Made by a program: the position numbers and the translations under genes. From Planctomycetota bacterium (GTDB lineage Bacteria > Planctomycetota > UBA8108 > SXIK01): 64,000 nt of DNA. This document shows positions 19,365 to 29,318 of this stretch, one piece after another; within the stretch, counting starts at the first letter, position 1; every line of letters starts with the position of its first letter. The notes below the pieces were generated by a model. It did not search any database. It was not told where the DNA came from and was given only the letters and a program-made list of their open reading frames with translations. The stretch spans positions 2,368,001 through 2,432,000 of the forward strand of contig OZ244999.1 of assembly GCA_965223265.1 (NCBI GenBank). Direction: 5' to 3'.

Positions 19365-20911
19365 GCTCGCTCCGCTTCCTTTCTTCCCGGCACCGCCGCC
19401 GTCCGTCGGTGTCGTGTGGCCGCCCTCGTTGGCTTGGCCGCCGGTGGTCGTTCGTCGCCGTGCCACCAGAGTCGGCGACGAGTGTGATTGATGACGATGC
19501 CTTCGAGTTGGGCCTTGGCCTCCAGCAGACGGGTTCTCGCCCAAACCGCTCGCATTCTGTTCGTAGTCCCTGGTTCGACGACGAGCAGGGTCGCTTCCGT
19601 GCTGCGCGCGCATGCGATCGACGCTGGGTGATCGCTGAGCGCAGGTGTGTCGCAGAGCACGAAGTCTGCCTGCCGTCGAAGTTCCAAGAAAAACGGGCGC
19701 AATTGATTCCGCGTCAAATATTTCGGCTGTAGAAAAGAAATTCCTCCGGCGCAAATCAGGCGAACGTTGGGCATGGCGGTGCGAGTCAAGGCGCGGCGGG
19801 TCAATTCCCAGCGCTCGCCGTCGGACCCGGCGGCGTGAGCGACTAGTTCGGTGAATCCAAACTCGATTGCGGTGTTGAAGTGATCATGGAGAGCTGGATG
19901 GGAGACGTCCGCGTCGACGACGATCACCCGATAACGGCGGCGACTCAGCTCCTGTGCGACGCGATAGACGAGCTGCGTTCGGCCCTCGCCGCGCTCGGTG
20001 CTCGTGATGCAAACGCTGCGCAGGTCGCAGTCCTCACTGACCTGAACGAGGTGATCGACAAGTTTTTTTGTTTCGTGCTCGTGCCGTCTGACGCAGCGGC
20101 GGTCGTTTCGAACGCGCGCCGGAAACTCCGCCGTCACCACCGCGTGAAGGGTCTCTTCCACCTCGACGACGCTCTTGAATCGGGTGGCGTAGCGCTCCGA
20201 GAACCAAGCCGAGGCGAATGCGGTCAAGATTGACACCACGCTGATCCCGAACGCGCCAGCCACGCCGAGGCCTCGCGTCGGCGCGGCTTCCGTGAGGCTC
20301 GTCACCACGAATCTGCGCTCTGGCGTTGAGCTTCGTCCATCGGCCGTGCGCGTGATCGCCTCGGCGACGGCCCACGCAAAGAGTGTCGCCCGATCTGACG
20401 AGCCGTCGGACGCGCTCACGGCCAGACCTTCGGCCGTCGCTGTGACTTCAACCGATCGCCTCAGCGCCGCACTCAGACCTCGGTCGTGCCACCTGCGGGC
20501 GACCGCTTCGGACTTGAGCGCGCGAAGTTTCCGTCTCTCGGCGCGACGTAGAAAGAGGGCGCTCTGAAATTTCGTTTCGCCGCCGACCAATCGAGCGGCC
20601 TCCCACCACGTCCGCACCTGAAGCTGCCGCCGCGTTCCCGTTCGAAGGGATCCAGAGTGGACGTCGCGGCTCTCGGATTCGTGGAAGCGTTTCGACTGGT
20701 TTCTGAGTGAGGTCGGTGGCTCACACGAAAGTGATGCCGTGGCGACCGACGCAAGGTTGAGGTTGCCAGCGACTGCCGCGTAGCTCAGGAGCGGTATGAG
20801 GCCGCCGAGTGCGTACGCCTTCCAGTAGCGCCACGGCTGATTCGAAACACGTCGCCACGTCTGCCGCCTTCTCTTTCGTACATCTTCGCGAGGCATCGTG
20901 TTGACGATCAC
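19361..20911 (-). CDS. Membrane-anchored Wzc/CpsD-CapB-like (BY-kinase family) protein, degenerate
   Basis: Two hydrophobic segments; ITSTERGEGRT, VVDAD, FVLCDTPA, LLVV, GIVIN; no C-terminal Tyr cluster. Confidence 0.75.
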   Translation of the reverse strand: MIVNTMPREDVRKRRRQTWRRVSNQPWRYWKAYALGGLIPLLSYAAVAGNLNLASVATASLSCEPPTSLRNQSKRFHESESRDVHSGSLRTGTRRQLQVRTWWEAARLVGGETKFQSALFLRRAERRKLRALKSEAVARRWHDRGLSAALRRSVEVTATAEGLAVSASDGSSDRATLFAWAVAEAITRTADGRSSTPERRFVVTSLTEAAPTRGLGVAGAFGISVVSILTAFASAWFSERYATRFKSVVEVEETLHAVVTAEFPARVRNDRRCVRRHEHETKKLVDHLVQVSEDCDLRSVCITSTERGEGRTQLVYRVAQELSRRRYRVIVVDADVSHPALHDHFNTAIEFGFTELVAHAAGSDGERWELTRRALTRTAMPNVRLICAGGISFLQPKYLTRNQLRPFFLELRRQADFVLCDTPALSDHPASIACARSTEATLLVVEPGTTNRMRAVWARTRLLEAKAQLEGIVINHTRRRLWWHGDERPPAAKPTRAATRHRRTAAVPGRKEAERA

Positions 20912-21230
20912 TTCCTCTGGCCACGGGTGGTGCGATGTCGCTCACTCGCTCTGTCTTGCGGTCGTTCTCGCGCACTCAGGTATCGGTCGGTCGTCTGCAT
21001 CCACCCGACCGAGATCGACGCTTGAGCGCTTTTTTGCGCACACAATTGGCGGCTGCCGTCGTGAGTGGTCGTTATCGGCACGGGGGGCGCTTCGCGCAGC
21101 CGTGCCGCGGGGCTGTGGCTAGGTTCAATTCCGCTCATGCGAGCTCTACTATCCAGTCGACACTTGGAATAGAATCACGGCCGGAAGCGAAAACGGGCTC
21201 CAAGCGGCGGGAGAAAGTGGCCAGATTGTC

Positions 21231-23438
21231 GTGTCAGAAACAACGGAAGTGCCCAAGTTGAAAGAGATTGTACGGCTGGCCGAGGCCGGGTTCGGTGCTC
21301 TCGAGGTCGACTCAAACCTGCAGGAGACCGCGAGTCAGAATCTCGCGACATGGCTAGAGACTCCGTACGGACAGGAATCACTGGCGCAGATCGAGCACCT
21401 GGTCGAGCAGCGCCAGTTCGGAACACTTTTTGACGCTTTTTTTCGTCAGATTCCGTTCGGCACTGGTGGCAGGCGAGGTCCCGTCGGGTACGGCACGAAT
21501 CGAATCAATGCTGCCACGATCGCGACGTCGATCCAGGGGCACGCAGAGTTTATCCGGCAGCGATTCCCGAATCGAAGCGACCTCTCGGTCGTTGTCGCCT
21601 TTGACGTCCGAGTGTTTCAGGACCTGCGAGGCGTGTATGATCCTTCGCGTCCCCATCCACTGCTTGGAGCGACTTCAAAAAACTTCGCGTGCATTGCTGC
21701 CTCGGTCTACGCTGCCAACGGTATCAAGGTTTGGCTTCCCAAGTTCGACGGTAGTTGCATTTCCACACCGGAGCTGTCGTTCGCCATTCGGTTCCTGGGG
21801 AGCTGCGGTGGGTTGAACGTCAGTGCCTCTCACAATCACCCTGACGACAACGGAGCAAAGATCTACAACGACCGCGGCAGTCAGGAAATCCCCCCGCTTG
21901 ACGAAGAGCTCGCTCGAATCGTTGAAGCGACGACGGAGACGCGTTCGATGCCGTTCGCGGAGGCCGTCGGACAAGGGATGGTTCAGTGGCTATCGCCCGA
22001 TTGTTACGAGGCCTACTTGCGCATGAACGTCGCTGCATCGCGGCGTCCGGAGGCGCGTTCGGCTCGCGTCGTGTTCACGCCCCTTCATGGCACTGGATAT
22101 CATTCCGCCGGCGCCGTCCTTGAGCGGGCGCAGTTCCCGGTGGAACTCTTCGAGCCGCAGGCGTCTCAGGACGGCACGTTTCCTGGTGTGCCTTTTCGCT
22201 CGCCCAACCCTGAAGTTCCCCAATCGTTAGAGGCCGCCGCCGCCGCCGCCAAGGAGCGTGCTGCCGACTTAGTCCTCGGCACGGATCCGGACGCCGATCG
22301 CATCGGCATGATGGCACCTCACGGCGACGAGTGGGTGTTCTTCACGGGGAACGAGATCGGCCTCATCCTTGTGCAGTACCTGCTCATCGACGCCGAGAAG
22401 CGCGTGCGCGGTAGTGGACACCCCTTCGCTGTGACAACGGTCGTTACAACCTCTCTCTTCGGGAAGATCTGCCGGTCGCAGGGCGTTGAGGTAATCGACG
22501 ATCTCGGCGTCGGGTTCAAGTACATCGCCGACATCATGAATCTGGCAGAGTCCGAGGGTGGATTCCGCGGCGTGCGCGCCGGCATCGAGGACTTCGTGCT
22601 CGGTATCGAGGAATCACATGGCTACCTGATCGTTCCGGATGTGCGCGACAAGGATGCTGCCGGCGCGGCGTTGCTTCTTGCTGAGCTCGCATCCGTATTG
22701 AAGCAGGAGGGCCGCAGTTTCGTCGACTATTTGAACTCGATCTATCTTCAGCACGGCTACGTTCGCAACGTCTTGGTATCGACGATCATGCTCGGCGCTA
22801 CCGGATTCACGCGCATGCGGAAGATTCAACAGTCGCTGCGAGACGATCCACCGGCGCAAATCGGTGGGCGTCGTGTTCTCGAATGCATCGATCGCTGGGA
22901 CGAAAGCGGTCCGCTTGGCAAGATCGTCTCGGAGACCGACCGCACGTCTCGTGACCTCATCACGTTCCAGCTCGAGGGCGGTGCGCGGCTCACGCTCAGG
23001 CCAAGCGGCACGGAGTCAAAAAACAAGATTTACGTCGAGGTGTGTGGCGAGTCGCTCGGCGAACATGCTTCGAGCACGGCGCTGGAAGAGGAGAAGTGTC
23101 GGATCGACGCTGCGGCGCGTGAGCTTGCCAAAGCGTTCACGCGTGAGATGCTCGCGCGGATTGAGATCTCACTTCCTGACTTTGCGCTCGAGATCTCCGA
23201 CCTCGTTCCGCTCGAGTGCAAGGTCGACTTCGCGACGACGTTCATGCCGGAGCTGAAAAGGCGTTTGACGGCGGATGGGAGTGGGACGGCCACCGGGGCG
23301 TGGATTGACGAGCACCTCAAAAGCTACGGCGCAGACGCGCGCCTTTTGGTGCGACCGGCGGTCGCTGCTTACATCGCCAGCGAGGCGCCGGATGCGGACG
23401 TGAAAGCTGCATTGGAAGGACTTTTCGGGCTTGATTAG
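21231..23438 (+). CDS. Phosphoglucomutase/phosphomannomutase family protein
   Basis: FGTGGRRG, SASHN, TDPDADR, EESHG, RPSGTE motifs. Confidence 0.92.
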   Translation: MSETTEVPKLKEIVRLAEAGFGALEVDSNLQETASQNLATWLETPYGQESLAQIEHLVEQRQFGTLFDAFFRQIPFGTGGRRGPVGYGTNRINAATIATSIQGHAEFIRQRFPNRSDLSVVVAFDVRVFQDLRGVYDPSRPHPLLGATSKNFACIAASVYAANGIKVWLPKFDGSCISTPELSFAIRFLGSCGGLNVSASHNHPDDNGAKIYNDRGSQEIPPLDEELARIVEATTETRSMPFAEAVGQGMVQWLSPDCYEAYLRMNVAASRRPEARSARVVFTPLHGTGYHSAGAVLERAQFPVELFEPQASQDGTFPGVPFRSPNPEVPQSLEAAAAAAKERAADLVLGTDPDADRIGMMAPHGDEWVFFTGNEIGLILVQYLLIDAEKRVRGSGHPFAVTTVVTTSLFGKICRSQGVEVIDDLGVGFKYIADIMNLAESEGGFRGVRAGIEDFVLGIEESHGYLIVPDVRDKDAAGAALLLAELASVLKQEGRSFVDYLNSIYLQHGYVRNVLVSTIMLGATGFTRMRKIQQSLRDDPPAQIGGRRVLECIDRWDESGPLGKIVSETDRTSRDLITFQLEGGARLTLRPSGTESKNKIYVEVCGESLGEHASSTALEEEKCRIDAAARELAKAFTREMLARIEISLPDFALEISDLVPLECKVDFATTFMPELKRRLTADGSGTATGAWIDEHLKSYGADARLLVRPAVAAYIASEAPDADVKAALEGLFGLD

Positions 23439-23607
23439 AAGCATGCCCAACGGCATCGTCGGTCGTTCCCTGTCGCGTCGAAGTCATCGGCAGGGGATCC
23501 ACCCGGCGAGAGCTGGGAAGACTTCGGGTCTTGAGCAAGAATTCATTGTTAACCGTCGCCGCAGGGCTCTAAGAGTGTCCGCGCGATTTTGATCAGGGAG
23601 AAAAACG

Positions 23608-24024
23608 ATGAAACAGGGTTTCTCGGTCGTACTGGCGTGTCTTGCCGTCGCGGGTCTGGTTGGCTGCGGCAGTGCGGAAACGTCGTCGCCGCTCGACAGG
23701 GTTGAGGGAACGAAGGACTCCCACGAGTTCAGGAAAATCTTTCACAGGGCCGTCGAAGGTAGCTCGAGGGAGCAGAATCACGTCGGCTACTCGGACCGAA
23801 TCTTCACCGACGTGGATCCGGACGGAATCACGTATGTGATGGACCTGAAGTTCGAACGCAAGGGCTTCGTCTTGCCGTCGGGCGCCGCGTATCGTTACGA
23901 GATTCGGGGCGATGAGGTCGACACTGTTGAGCTCGGGAACACGGGTTTTGTCAACGGCGTCAAGGGGATCCTTGGTCTCCGGGGACAAATCACTCTCGAA
24001 GTGGCCACGTTGGACGGCGAGTGA
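23608..24024 (+). CDS. Hypothetical lipoprotein
   Basis: RBS GGGAGA; lipobox LVGC. Confidence 0.7.
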   Translation: MKQGFSVVLACLAVAGLVGCGSAETSSPLDRVEGTKDSHEFRKIFHRAVEGSSREQNHVGYSDRIFTDVDPDGITYVMDLKFERKGFVLPSGAAYRYEIRGDEVDTVELGNTGFVNGVKGILGLRGQITLEVATLDGE

Positions 24025-24133
24025 ACGAAGGGTTCCCTACACGGTTAGGCACAGAAGAAAGCGCGCCGAGTGAGCGAGTTCGTTCACTGAGCGCGCTTTC
24101 TTCTTGGCTGAACCAACGATCGGAGTCTCTGAC

Positions 24134-24386
24134 CTCGAGTTTGGCCATTTCGCGCCGGCCTGGCCGGACGAGTTTCGCGGGAATTCAAAGGCCCTTTCGA
24201 CTTTTTAGTACCCTGAGAACCCTTGTGCATGTTCAAAAACTCCTGTCCGGCCCTTCGGGGAACGCCAGGAGCGCCGATGCCTGCGTCGCTCCTCCGCCAC
24301 GATCGCAGCGGGATCGCGTTGTCGTCGCTCCTTGGCCTCGACGCTCCTGGCGTTCCCAGGCTCGACGCGAAATGGCCAAACTCGAG
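24134..24386. mobile_element. 253-bp MITE sharing ends with the IS701-like element
   Basis: IRs CTCGAGTTTGGCCATTTCGCG / CGCGAAATGGCCAAACTCGAG; 5-bp duplication CTGAC (24129-24133 / 24387-24391). Confidence 0.88.
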
Positions 24387-24390
24387 CTGA

Positions 24391-24473
24391 CGACCCGTTG
24401 AAAAAGTCATTCGGCTGAGAAACCGGCCCCTTCACGCCCAGATTTCAGCTCGAACCACTTTTTCAATGTTAGT
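24391..24473. mobile_element. Internally deleted, inverted copy of the 8170-8329 MITE
   Basis: CCCGTTGAAAAAGTCATTCGGCTGAGAAAC..CTTCACGCCCAG and TTTCAGCTCGAACCACTTTTTCAA match the reverse complement of both ends of 8170-8329. Confidence 0.8.
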
Positions 24474-25625
24474 TTAGTCGGACTCGCAACCGAGACTACC
24501 GCTGCCGTCGTCGGATGGGTCGACGCCGGGCTGCGGGAACGGTTCTGGGGGCTGCGGGCCGCCAACGAAGAGATAGTTGAGCGTCCAGATCGCATCCGAG
24601 ATGTCGATCTTAGTGTCGTTGTTTGCATCCGCGGCGTCGAGGCACGGCGGCGCTGGACCGCCGGTGAACGCCCAGTTGAGAGTGTACGTCGGGTCGGAGA
24701 TGTCAACGACGTCGTCCTTGTTCGAGTCGCCGCGAATGAAACCACGACGAATGTCGATGCCGCCTCCGGTTCCAAGCTCGGGGCGAAACACGTCACCACC
24801 GATCGTCACGACATTGTGCACCTCTGGATACGACTCAGGTGGGTCTGGGGAGTTGGCTACGGGGATCACGATGCCGTCAACGAAATCGATCGCAGCGAAG
24901 CCTTGGTCGGCGCTGATCACAATGGAACACTCGAGGGTTGCGACGAGCTGGTCGGAGCCTGCAGGGAGAAAAGGACTTTCGCCGACCGTGAAGTAGAACG
25001 GTGTCGCGAAATCCTTGAGAGCTGCAATGTAGGCGACGCCCTCATTGTTGTTTTCTTCTGCAGTGATGTACTCGGTGCTTTCTGCCGACAGCAGCGTGCC
25101 TTCCTCGGTGTTGATTCGATCGACCTGAATCTGATTCGGGTCGTACCCAATGAGCATCGTCAGGCCTGTGACTTCCGCCTCATTACTCATCATGATCGGC
25201 ACGGTGATGCCGGTGTGACTGGGTACGCCGGCGTTGGTTCCGATGGAGAAGGTGAACCGGCTGTCTCGTCCATCAGGCACCGTGACATCCGGCGTTGTGT
25301 CGGCTCCGGGAGTCTCGAACGGCGGTGGGGGTGGCGGGCCGTCGTTGAACAGAAACTCGACCAAGTAGGTGTAGTCAGCGACGGTCACCAAGCCGTCGTC
25401 GTTGACATCGGCAGCGTCCGGACATCCCGATACCGGAGCACTCCGTGCGATGAACATATAGGCGACAAGATCTACCGCGTCGTTAAGATCTACGACGACC
25501 TCGCCTCCCGGCTCGAGGTTGACGATATTGCCTCGAGTGAACACGCAGTCCTGCGCGGCGACGGGTGGCGCGAGAAGCCCTGCAACCCCGCACGCACATA
25601 CAAACACAATGGACCAGCACTTCAT
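24474..25625 (-). CDS. Secreted dockerin-cohesin-dockerin-like protein
   Basis: Signal peptide; FTRGN..DLNDAV..AADVNDDGLVTVAD; cohesin-like ITVPIMMSNEAEVTGLTMLIGYDP; FIRGDSNKDDVVDISD..AADANNDTKIDISD. Confidence 0.78.
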   Translation of the reverse strand: MKCWSIVFVCACGVAGLLAPPVAAQDCVFTRGNIVNLEPGGEVVVDLNDAVDLVAYMFIARSAPVSGCPDAADVNDDGLVTVADYTYLVEFLFNDGPPPPPPFETPGADTTPDVTVPDGRDSRFTFSIGTNAGVPSHTGITVPIMMSNEAEVTGLTMLIGYDPNQIQVDRINTEEGTLLSAESTEYITAEENNNEGVAYIAALKDFATPFYFTVGESPFLPAGSDQLVATLECSIVISADQGFAAIDFVDGIVIPVANSPDPPESYPEVHNVVTIGGDVFRPELGTGGGIDIRRGFIRGDSNKDDVVDISDPTYTLNWAFTGGPAPPCLDAADANNDTKIDISDAIWTLNYLFVGGPQPPEPFPQPGVDPSDDGSGSLGCESD

Positions 25626-26116
25626 TCTTCCTCCTCGAGTCCTCCACCCAGTACAAGGATTCCGCCGAAACCCTTGACCCTCAGAAGAGACTCTTCGATA
25701 GCTCGAACACCGGCATAGCCGGGGACCCTGCTCTCACGCTCTCGGAGTTGCTCCGCGACGCGTGTCCAAGCGATTTTGACCCGTCACCCAGGTGGATTGC
25801 CAACCTTTTCCTTCGACCCATGGCTGGAACCCACGTCGAACCTGCATTGTAGGCTGCGGTCGCATCCAGCGCAAGGGCAGGTTAGAATGATTGTCGGGTG
25901 AATGAGACGTTGACGGGGGCTGGGTTTTGGTGAGATCGCGCGGTCGCGAGGGGGAGATTCGAGGCGAGCCCTCTTAAATGGCGCCCTAAATCGTGAAACC
26001 GTAGCGCATTTGAGCCGACACACGGTTCAGAAGAATTAAATAATCGGGCGTGTCGTAGCGTCATCCCTCCGGGGCTTTCATCCGCAGACCGCCGCCATTG
26101 TCAGAGGAGCTTGAAC

Positions 26117-27184
26117 ATGCAACCGATGAGCCGAACCGCCGCGTTTTTCGCTGCTGTGGCCGCTGCCGTCGTTTGGTCGTTCCCGGTGTCCGCGTCGGAG
26201 GGGCCAACTGGAGGAGAGCCGGCACCTTCGACCAACTCGAGCTCTGACCCTGAGGCGGTGCCGGTTCTGGTGATCGAGCAGCGAACGAGTGGACTTCCTT
26301 CAAATGACCCCGAGGAGAAGGCCGAGGAGGGGAGGCAGCTCATCGTCGTCGACCATGGCGGCCGCAAGCTGCTCATGCGTGACTTTCGCATCGACGCCAA
26401 GAGCGGTCAGGCCGTTCTGCAGCGCACCGTTCTACTTCGCCTCGATCACGAGCCGCCGCGTATTTACAGTATTGCACCTGACGGCAGCTGCTTCATTGAG
26501 CACCCTGGCGACCTGAACGATCTTCAGGTCAAGCGACGTATCCAGGAGCGCAATTTTCTCGAGCAGGTGAAGAGACTTTCCGCCGCGGAGCGAAAACAGT
26601 TCTTCATAGAGAATCCTCGTCTGCGTCCAGACGGCCGACGCGAGGCCACGCAGTCGATGCTGCAAGGTGAGACGCACCTTGAGCTCGAGTGCGAAAGGCT
26701 CGTGGTCAAGGAGAACGATCTGACAATCATCGACGCGCAAATCACCCGAGAGCTGCCCGGAGCTCGCAGCTACTACCACCTCTATCGCCGTCTCGGTGTG
26801 TTTTCCGAAGAGGTGTTGGACGTCCTCAAGGAGATCGAGGGGGTGCCGCTGCGCAGTCGGATCACCGTCGTCACGGCGCTGCCGATCTGGACGCTTGAAG
26901 CTGAGATTCTGAGCTATCGAGAGGAGATGCTCTCGCCCCGCGCTTTCGAGTTGCCGCCCGACGCAAAAGCATGTCCGAGCGATGACGTCCCGGCCAATTG
27001 TCCGCAGTGCGCTAAGGTCATCGAGGATCCGGCGAGCGCGGTTCTGTACATTCGCCGAGGTGGCACACGCGTACACTTGTGCTCGGAGGAGTGCGCGGAT
27101 CGCTATGCCGACGAGCTCCTAAAACAGCGGTCGAAGAAACCGCGCGGGAGGCCGCAGAGCGGCAAGCCGACCGGAAAGAAGTGA
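26117..27184 (+). CDS. Secreted protein, DUF4412-like, with C-terminal TRASH/YHS-like metal-binding motif
   Basis: Signal peptide; GVPLRS and FELPP motifs; CPQC...HLCSEEC. Confidence 0.6.
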   Translation: MQPMSRTAAFFAAVAAAVVWSFPVSASEGPTGGEPAPSTNSSSDPEAVPVLVIEQRTSGLPSNDPEEKAEEGRQLIVVDHGGRKLLMRDFRIDAKSGQAVLQRTVLLRLDHEPPRIYSIAPDGSCFIEHPGDLNDLQVKRRIQERNFLEQVKRLSAAERKQFFIENPRLRPDGRREATQSMLQGETHLELECERLVVKENDLTIIDAQITRELPGARSYYHLYRRLGVFSEEVLDVLKEIEGVPLRSRITVVTALPIWTLEAEILSYREEMLSPRAFELPPDAKACPSDDVPANCPQCAKVIEDPASAVLYIRRGGTRVHLCSEECADRYADELLKQRSKKPRGRPQSGKPTGKK

Positions 27185-27277
27185 TCTGCGCCTTCGCGTT
27201 GTGCTGGCGATGTTTTCGCCGCTCTCCGGTGCGACGGCGCACGAAAGACCGACTTGTAGCTCATGGCGCCCAACAAG

Positions 27278-27322
27278 AAAAAAGCGGCGCCGTAGTCGAA
27301 GTCGTGTCGACTACGGCGCCGC
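27278..27322 (-). terminator. Rho-independent terminator between convergent genes
   Basis: Perfect 16-bp stem GCGGCGCCGTAGTCGA/TCGACTACGGCGCCGC with A6 on the left. Confidence 0.75.
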
Positions 27323-27365
27323 CAAGAGCGAGCATCTCGCGCAGCTAACGCGAGCAGTTGAGCGG

Positions 27366-28883
27366 TTAAGGCGCGACGCGCAGACCGGTAGGAGCCGCCG
27401 GCGGAACGTCGTCGCTCGGCGTGGGCGTGACCGTGACGCCACTGTACTTTGCCCACATCTCGTCAACGAAGCTGCTACGAGACGAGCCTTGTCCGGCCCA
27501 GCCGGAGGTGTCAATGTTGTACTGAAGAAGGGCCTGTCGGTGAACCTCGGTTTCTTCCTGAGTCATCCACCGTTCAACGTAGTCGAAGAAGGGAGCGTGA
27601 TCCCACAGCTCTTCGGCACCCATGAGCCGGGCCGCGAGGGCCATGCCAACGAAGGCGTGCGAGGAGCAGCAGCGACGGTACGACTCCGCTCGTTTGCGCA
27701 CTGCGTTGTTCGCCCACAGGTTTGGGTGCTGGAATTCGTGGAGCGGATAGATTCCGAAACTGTTGCCATCTTTGAGGCGCCACATGACGGTGTCACCGCT
27801 ACCGCCGCTGGCCTTGTCGTGCCAGCCAGTGACACCACGAACCTTTTGGGCGCCGGCCGTCGACGAGCTCACAGGTCGACCTTCTGCATCGACGTACTCT
27901 GGAAGCTCGGGATCGTCGAAATAGTAGGTTTGTCCGTCTTCCTGAAAGAGGAAGCGGCCGGTCGACGCTCGCTTCGGTAGCGACTTCATTCCTGGTTCAT
28001 TCAACATGATGCCAGCGAAAAGGATCGGCCACTTGCGACCGAGATAGATCCCGGCATCAGCAGACCAGGTGCCGCCAGCCTTCATCAAACCGTACAGATC
28101 GATTCCGGCTTGCACGAAACCGTACATGGTCGGCTTAAGCTCCTCGATCGGATAGTCGAGCAGCAGCTGAAGGCCGACCTCGGACGCGTGTTCACCGATC
28201 CATTGACCGTAGCTCGGAATGTTTTCGTACGGCGCGCTATCACTCTTCACCCAGCTGTCGACGTGATCGATCCACGCTCTTTGCACCTTCTTGAAGGACG
28301 AGGCCAGGCTTGGAAGCGAAGCGATCTCTGAGCGCGGAAAACGCGGCAGCAGATTCCACTGGATATCGTTCGCCGAGAACGAATACGGATCCTGTGAACT
28401 GTCTGCGATGCGCGTTGGACGCGAATACGGTGGGCGGAATTTGTCGGGGCTCTGCGGTACGTCGACGACCGTCAAGACCGCGACCGTTCGCACCCACGTA
28501 AAGGAATTGAGTTTTTGAGCAGCACTCACTGCTGAACAGATCGTGTCGCCCGGGTTGAGAGTCATTGGAGGCGAATCGCAGAGGTTCGCGTCGTAGTTAC
28601 TCGCCGAGCGAATGCGATTATCGTATCCCTGCTGTGAGACGAACCCCGGGTTCACCATCGAACCGTTTTGCCCATTGGCGCACGGCTGCGGGCTGATCCC
28701 TGTGATGTTCACTGGGCCGACGACCCAGTAGTCGCCGTTGACATACTGGCCGATCTCATACTGACGATCGAATGTCCAGGTCACCCCGTACTGGGAGACG
28801 CTGCTAGCCGTTGCCGCGACGAGTGAGTGCGGCAAATACAGCATACTTAGGAAAACGAACGCGTACGTTAACTTCGGTTTCAT
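27366..28883 (-). CDS. Secreted hypothetical protein
   Basis: RBS GAGGAG, signal peptide, 505 aa, aromatic-rich; ends in Pro/Thr linker plus PPAAPTGLRV. Confidence 0.8.
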   Translation of the reverse strand: MKPKLTYAFVFLSMLYLPHSLVAATASSVSQYGVTWTFDRQYEIGQYVNGDYWVVGPVNITGISPQPCANGQNGSMVNPGFVSQQGYDNRIRSASNYDANLCDSPPMTLNPGDTICSAVSAAQKLNSFTWVRTVAVLTVVDVPQSPDKFRPPYSRPTRIADSSQDPYSFSANDIQWNLLPRFPRSEIASLPSLASSFKKVQRAWIDHVDSWVKSDSAPYENIPSYGQWIGEHASEVGLQLLLDYPIEELKPTMYGFVQAGIDLYGLMKAGGTWSADAGIYLGRKWPILFAGIMLNEPGMKSLPKRASTGRFLFQEDGQTYYFDDPELPEYVDAEGRPVSSSTAGAQKVRGVTGWHDKASGGSGDTVMWRLKDGNSFGIYPLHEFQHPNLWANNAVRKRAESYRRCCSSHAFVGMALAARLMGAEELWDHAPFFDYVERWMTQEETEVHRQALLQYNIDTSGWAGQGSSRSSFVDEMWAKYSGVTVTPTPSDDVPPAAPTGLRVAP

Positions 28884-29050
28884 GACTTCTCCTCATGCCT
28901 GCCTCGAATGTGGCGAGTTTCTCGAGAACTGAAAAGCTCAATGTATCGTTTCCACGACGATCGCAGCAGCAAAAATCGTCATTCGTGGTTTCCCTCCGAT
29001 GCGATCACTTCTCCTGGGCTGCAATGGCGACACAACACCACGGGGTAGTA

Positions 29051-29067
29051 AGCAATGCAGGTGCCAA
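29051..29067 (-). promoter_or_regulatory. Sigma-54 (-24/-12) promoter
   Basis: Minus strand TTGGCACCTGCATTGCT matches TGGCAC-N5-TTGCW, about 170 bp upstream of the 28883 start. Confidence 0.7.
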
Positions 29068-29318
29068 GGCTCTGAAGACTGTGGGGCTGCGAACTTAACA
29101 CCTTTGAAGACAAAGCGTTGCAATGAAATCGTGGGCCAGACAGAAAGGCTAAGGCAGGTAGGTAAGAATTACCCGATAGTCCGAGATCGCCTGACCGCAC
29201 CAAGAAATGCTGGTTTCCCGGACATGAGAGTGCGCCTGCCGTGCGTGAAGGTCGCCCGCGCAGCGAAGTCGCGGTGGACGCGCAGACCGACGTCTCGGTG
29301 GGTTACGTAACGTCGGGG

